A stretch of DNA of 64,000 nucleotides, taken from positions 117,758-181,757 of the forward strand of contig RDEW01000069.1 of assembly GCA_011109175.1 (NCBI GenBank), in the 5' to 3' direction. The notes below the pieces were generated by a model. The model was not told where the DNA came from. It did no database searches and was given only the letters and a program-made list of their open reading frames with translations. The position numbers were made by a program, and so were the translations under genes. This DNA is from Dicyema japonicum (lineage: Eukaryota; Animalia; Dicyemida). Shown in pieces: positions 61,620 to 64,000 of the stretch; position 1 is the stretch's first letter, and each line of letters starts with the position of its first letter.

Positions 61620-62720
61620 CCAGTGGAGAATAGTGGATTCGGATTGGTGTGCATGTTGCAACCTATGATTTTTCGCAGAGCTCTATTTTGAACCATTTGG
61701 AGTTTTTGGAGGTCGTCCGGATAGGGTTACAAGTTCCAATCTGTGTCTAATGAATTGTTTTGAAAATTACATTCAGAGCTCTTTTGTTTGGTTGAAGTTA
61801 CTTCCAGCCAAAGCGCGGAGAGTTTCAACTTCGTTTTGCCTTTGCAACCACGTTATCCGCATGTAGGTAATTGCCTGGCATCGGTCTAATGACCCTGGAT
61901 TTCGAGGTTTTTGAGACTGGAAGGACTCTTCGAGGATAACCTTATGTTTAATTATTCAGCATCGTAAGTCGGAGGTGAAAATTATGTACTGGATTTTTGA
62001 GCTTCCTGGTTTGGTTAGCTAATAATAACCATGACTCAAGTGAATTTATTGTTTTTAGAGTCAACTGAATTTGAAGAAATAGCCCTATCCCCAGCCGAGA
62101 GGGCTGAATCATCTACACAGATATCCTCCGTTTCGAGTGTGCTGAACAAATGAAGATTTAATAGAGCGGGCGATAGGGCAGCCTTGCAACACTGTTCCGA
62201 AGGTAGCGCGCAAGAGATTTCTTTGACATCTTCCAGAGTGAATCCCAGTCTTCAGGACAGAAAGGAAGTTAGCCATCTCTGAATGATTGGACAAATGTTC
62301 GATAAGTAATCTTGCTGCGTAGGACATGACGGGTGGTCTTGTCAAAGTCTTTTGCTTATGTCAATAGAGGCCAGGAATGCTAAGAGGAGGATTGTGGTTG
62401 TTGAATCTATCGGAAATAAAGTCAGTTAACTCGATCAGGTGGGTGGAGGTTGAATGTCTTAACCAGATTCTGTATTGTGATTTGGCAAGATATTGGTTTG
62501 TAATCAAGGATTTATGTAATCAAGTACTTGCCATTCCAAAATTTTTGAGGCTGCACAAAAAAGGAGATTAGACAAAATGATCCTGGTCACACGGGTTTTT
62601 GTTGGATTATTGTAGATTGCTTCCAAAGTATAGGAACAAAACCCGAGTTTAATGACTTCCTGAAGATGGTCATGAGGACCTGCAATCCATATGTACAAGA
62701 TTCTTTAGATTAGGCATGTC
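61620..62720 (-). mobile_element. Degenerate LINE reverse transcriptase fragment
   Basis: ASKILEWQVL, HSTSTHLIELTDFI, LQMVQNRALRKIIGCNMHT among many stops and frameshifts. Confidence 0.6.
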
Positions 62721-64000
62721 AACGTGCAGCCAGCGCAGATTTTTATACAGTCGACGACATTGGAGCGGACCGCGTCATTAAAATGAGACCATCAGAGAAA
62801 AGCAGTGGATTTCTGTCAATATCGTTAAATTGACAGGCCGCGATTATGAGCGTTCTAAGTGATCAGAAGACGTCATATGCTTAAACTTTACGCTCTCCCT
62901 TATATACGAACGTTCCCAGAACAAGAATACTGTCCTACAAAGTGCGTGCTTCTACGTGTTTGGTGGAATATTGTGCGCTTAGGTCCATAAAATAATACAG
63001 TCCGACTCCGAAAAAGAGGCAAAATCCAATTTTGAGGTTTCCCCAAAAATGAATATTTATTAAAAAACAAGATAAATCATTAGATTTTTGTATATTGTAC
63101 TTTTAATGGCCTTTTGTACAGGAACTATTCCTCGTGGCGCCAACGTTAGTGTAGTACTTTGGTTACATGAATTGAAGATTATTTGCTTGATCCTCTGTTC
63201 CTCTCTTCCCCTTTGGCTACAGGGAGCTTAAATTGTTAGTGTGCGTCATGTGGTTCACCATCTTTAGTGGCGCGGATATAATCCTAAATTATATCCAAAA
63301 GGACTATTACTCAACTACCATTTTTTTCTATGGACGGCACTTTCTTCAAGTTAGGGTTAGGCTTATGGTTGCATGCTAAGACTGCTGAGGGAAGACGGGA
63401 TCATCTGAATTTTTTCATTCTGGCTATGACTGTGTTTTCTGGTTCAATAATTTTGAATTGATAAAGAAATCTGTCATTTTCATGTTATTTTGTTCTTTTT
63501 ATCTTAGTGAATGCACAATATCTGTTTTAAATCGTTTTTAAGAACATTTTCAGGAGTTTCTTGTTTGACTACATTAAGGCACATTATGAAAGTACGTTCC
63601 GTATCTTTCATGACTTCATACTCTAAATGTCTCGCTGTTATCTTCTTCACATCATCATAAAATGTCTCTAAATTTTCATTTTCCAATTATATCCTGATTA
63701 ACTGGGCTGTTTCGTTACCATGTTGTTTTCTAGTGTCATAAAGTTCATCCTCAAGACTTCAAAACCCGAACCCACAATGGTTTTTATTATTAATACACTT
63801 TCGAAGAACCAAAAATGTAATTTATTTAATTAAGTTCCGCTTGTGCCGTATTTTTCTTCAGGTTATTCTTTCTTCCACAATTCTCTTGACTAACTTCCTC
63901 ATGCTCCGCGGTACAGGCAGTTATTCCGAGCGTATACAGATCATCTCCTGTTTTAGCTTTCGTCCTACATTGGTCAGGGTCCTTGGTAGACCTCTGGCAA

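Noticed and set aside
63380-63760. Minus-strand protein-like stretch (ENENLETFYDDVKKITARHLEYE...)
   Set aside because: Too short and no recognisable motif; cannot be assigned without a database search

Overview
Eukaryotic DNA from a very compact, ciliated, probably animal genome: standard genetic code and 20-29 nt spliceosomal introns, which fits a dicyemid-like organism (inference only). The window has four assembly blocks separated by N: 1-37809, 38326-41087, 41089-59458 and 59460-64000. Block 1 is a tandem histone array with about six ~3.5-kb units (H2A minus, then H2B, H4, H3 plus; no H1). The histones are strongly divergent, and AATAAA follows each stop codon instead of a stem-loop. Every unit carries an APE-RT non-LTR retrotransposon or derivative whose 3' end sits 5-55 nt upstream of a histone ATG, in the histone's sense orientation. 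The main family (A) has no ATG at the start of ORF1. ORF1 is instead fused in frame to the first 20-30 codons of H4 or H2B (intact 542-aa H2B-tail::ORF1 at 24736-26364, then ORF2 via a TGATG overlap), and a histone ORF is regenerated downstream. Family A occurs as one near-intact autonomous copy and four ~1.7-kb ORF1-only copies. A second, related family (B) sits 13 nt upstream of H2A. Block 2 holds a 3' H3 piece joined to a truncated CFAP251/WDR66, then TVP23 and the 3' part of an acyl-CoA synthetase. Block 3 is ~2.5 tandem copies of a 7.28-kb mosaic carrying a dead family-A fragment and other retroelement remnants. Block 4 holds CRE-like, RTE-like and other degenerate LINE fragments. Many single-base indels look like long-read consensus errors.
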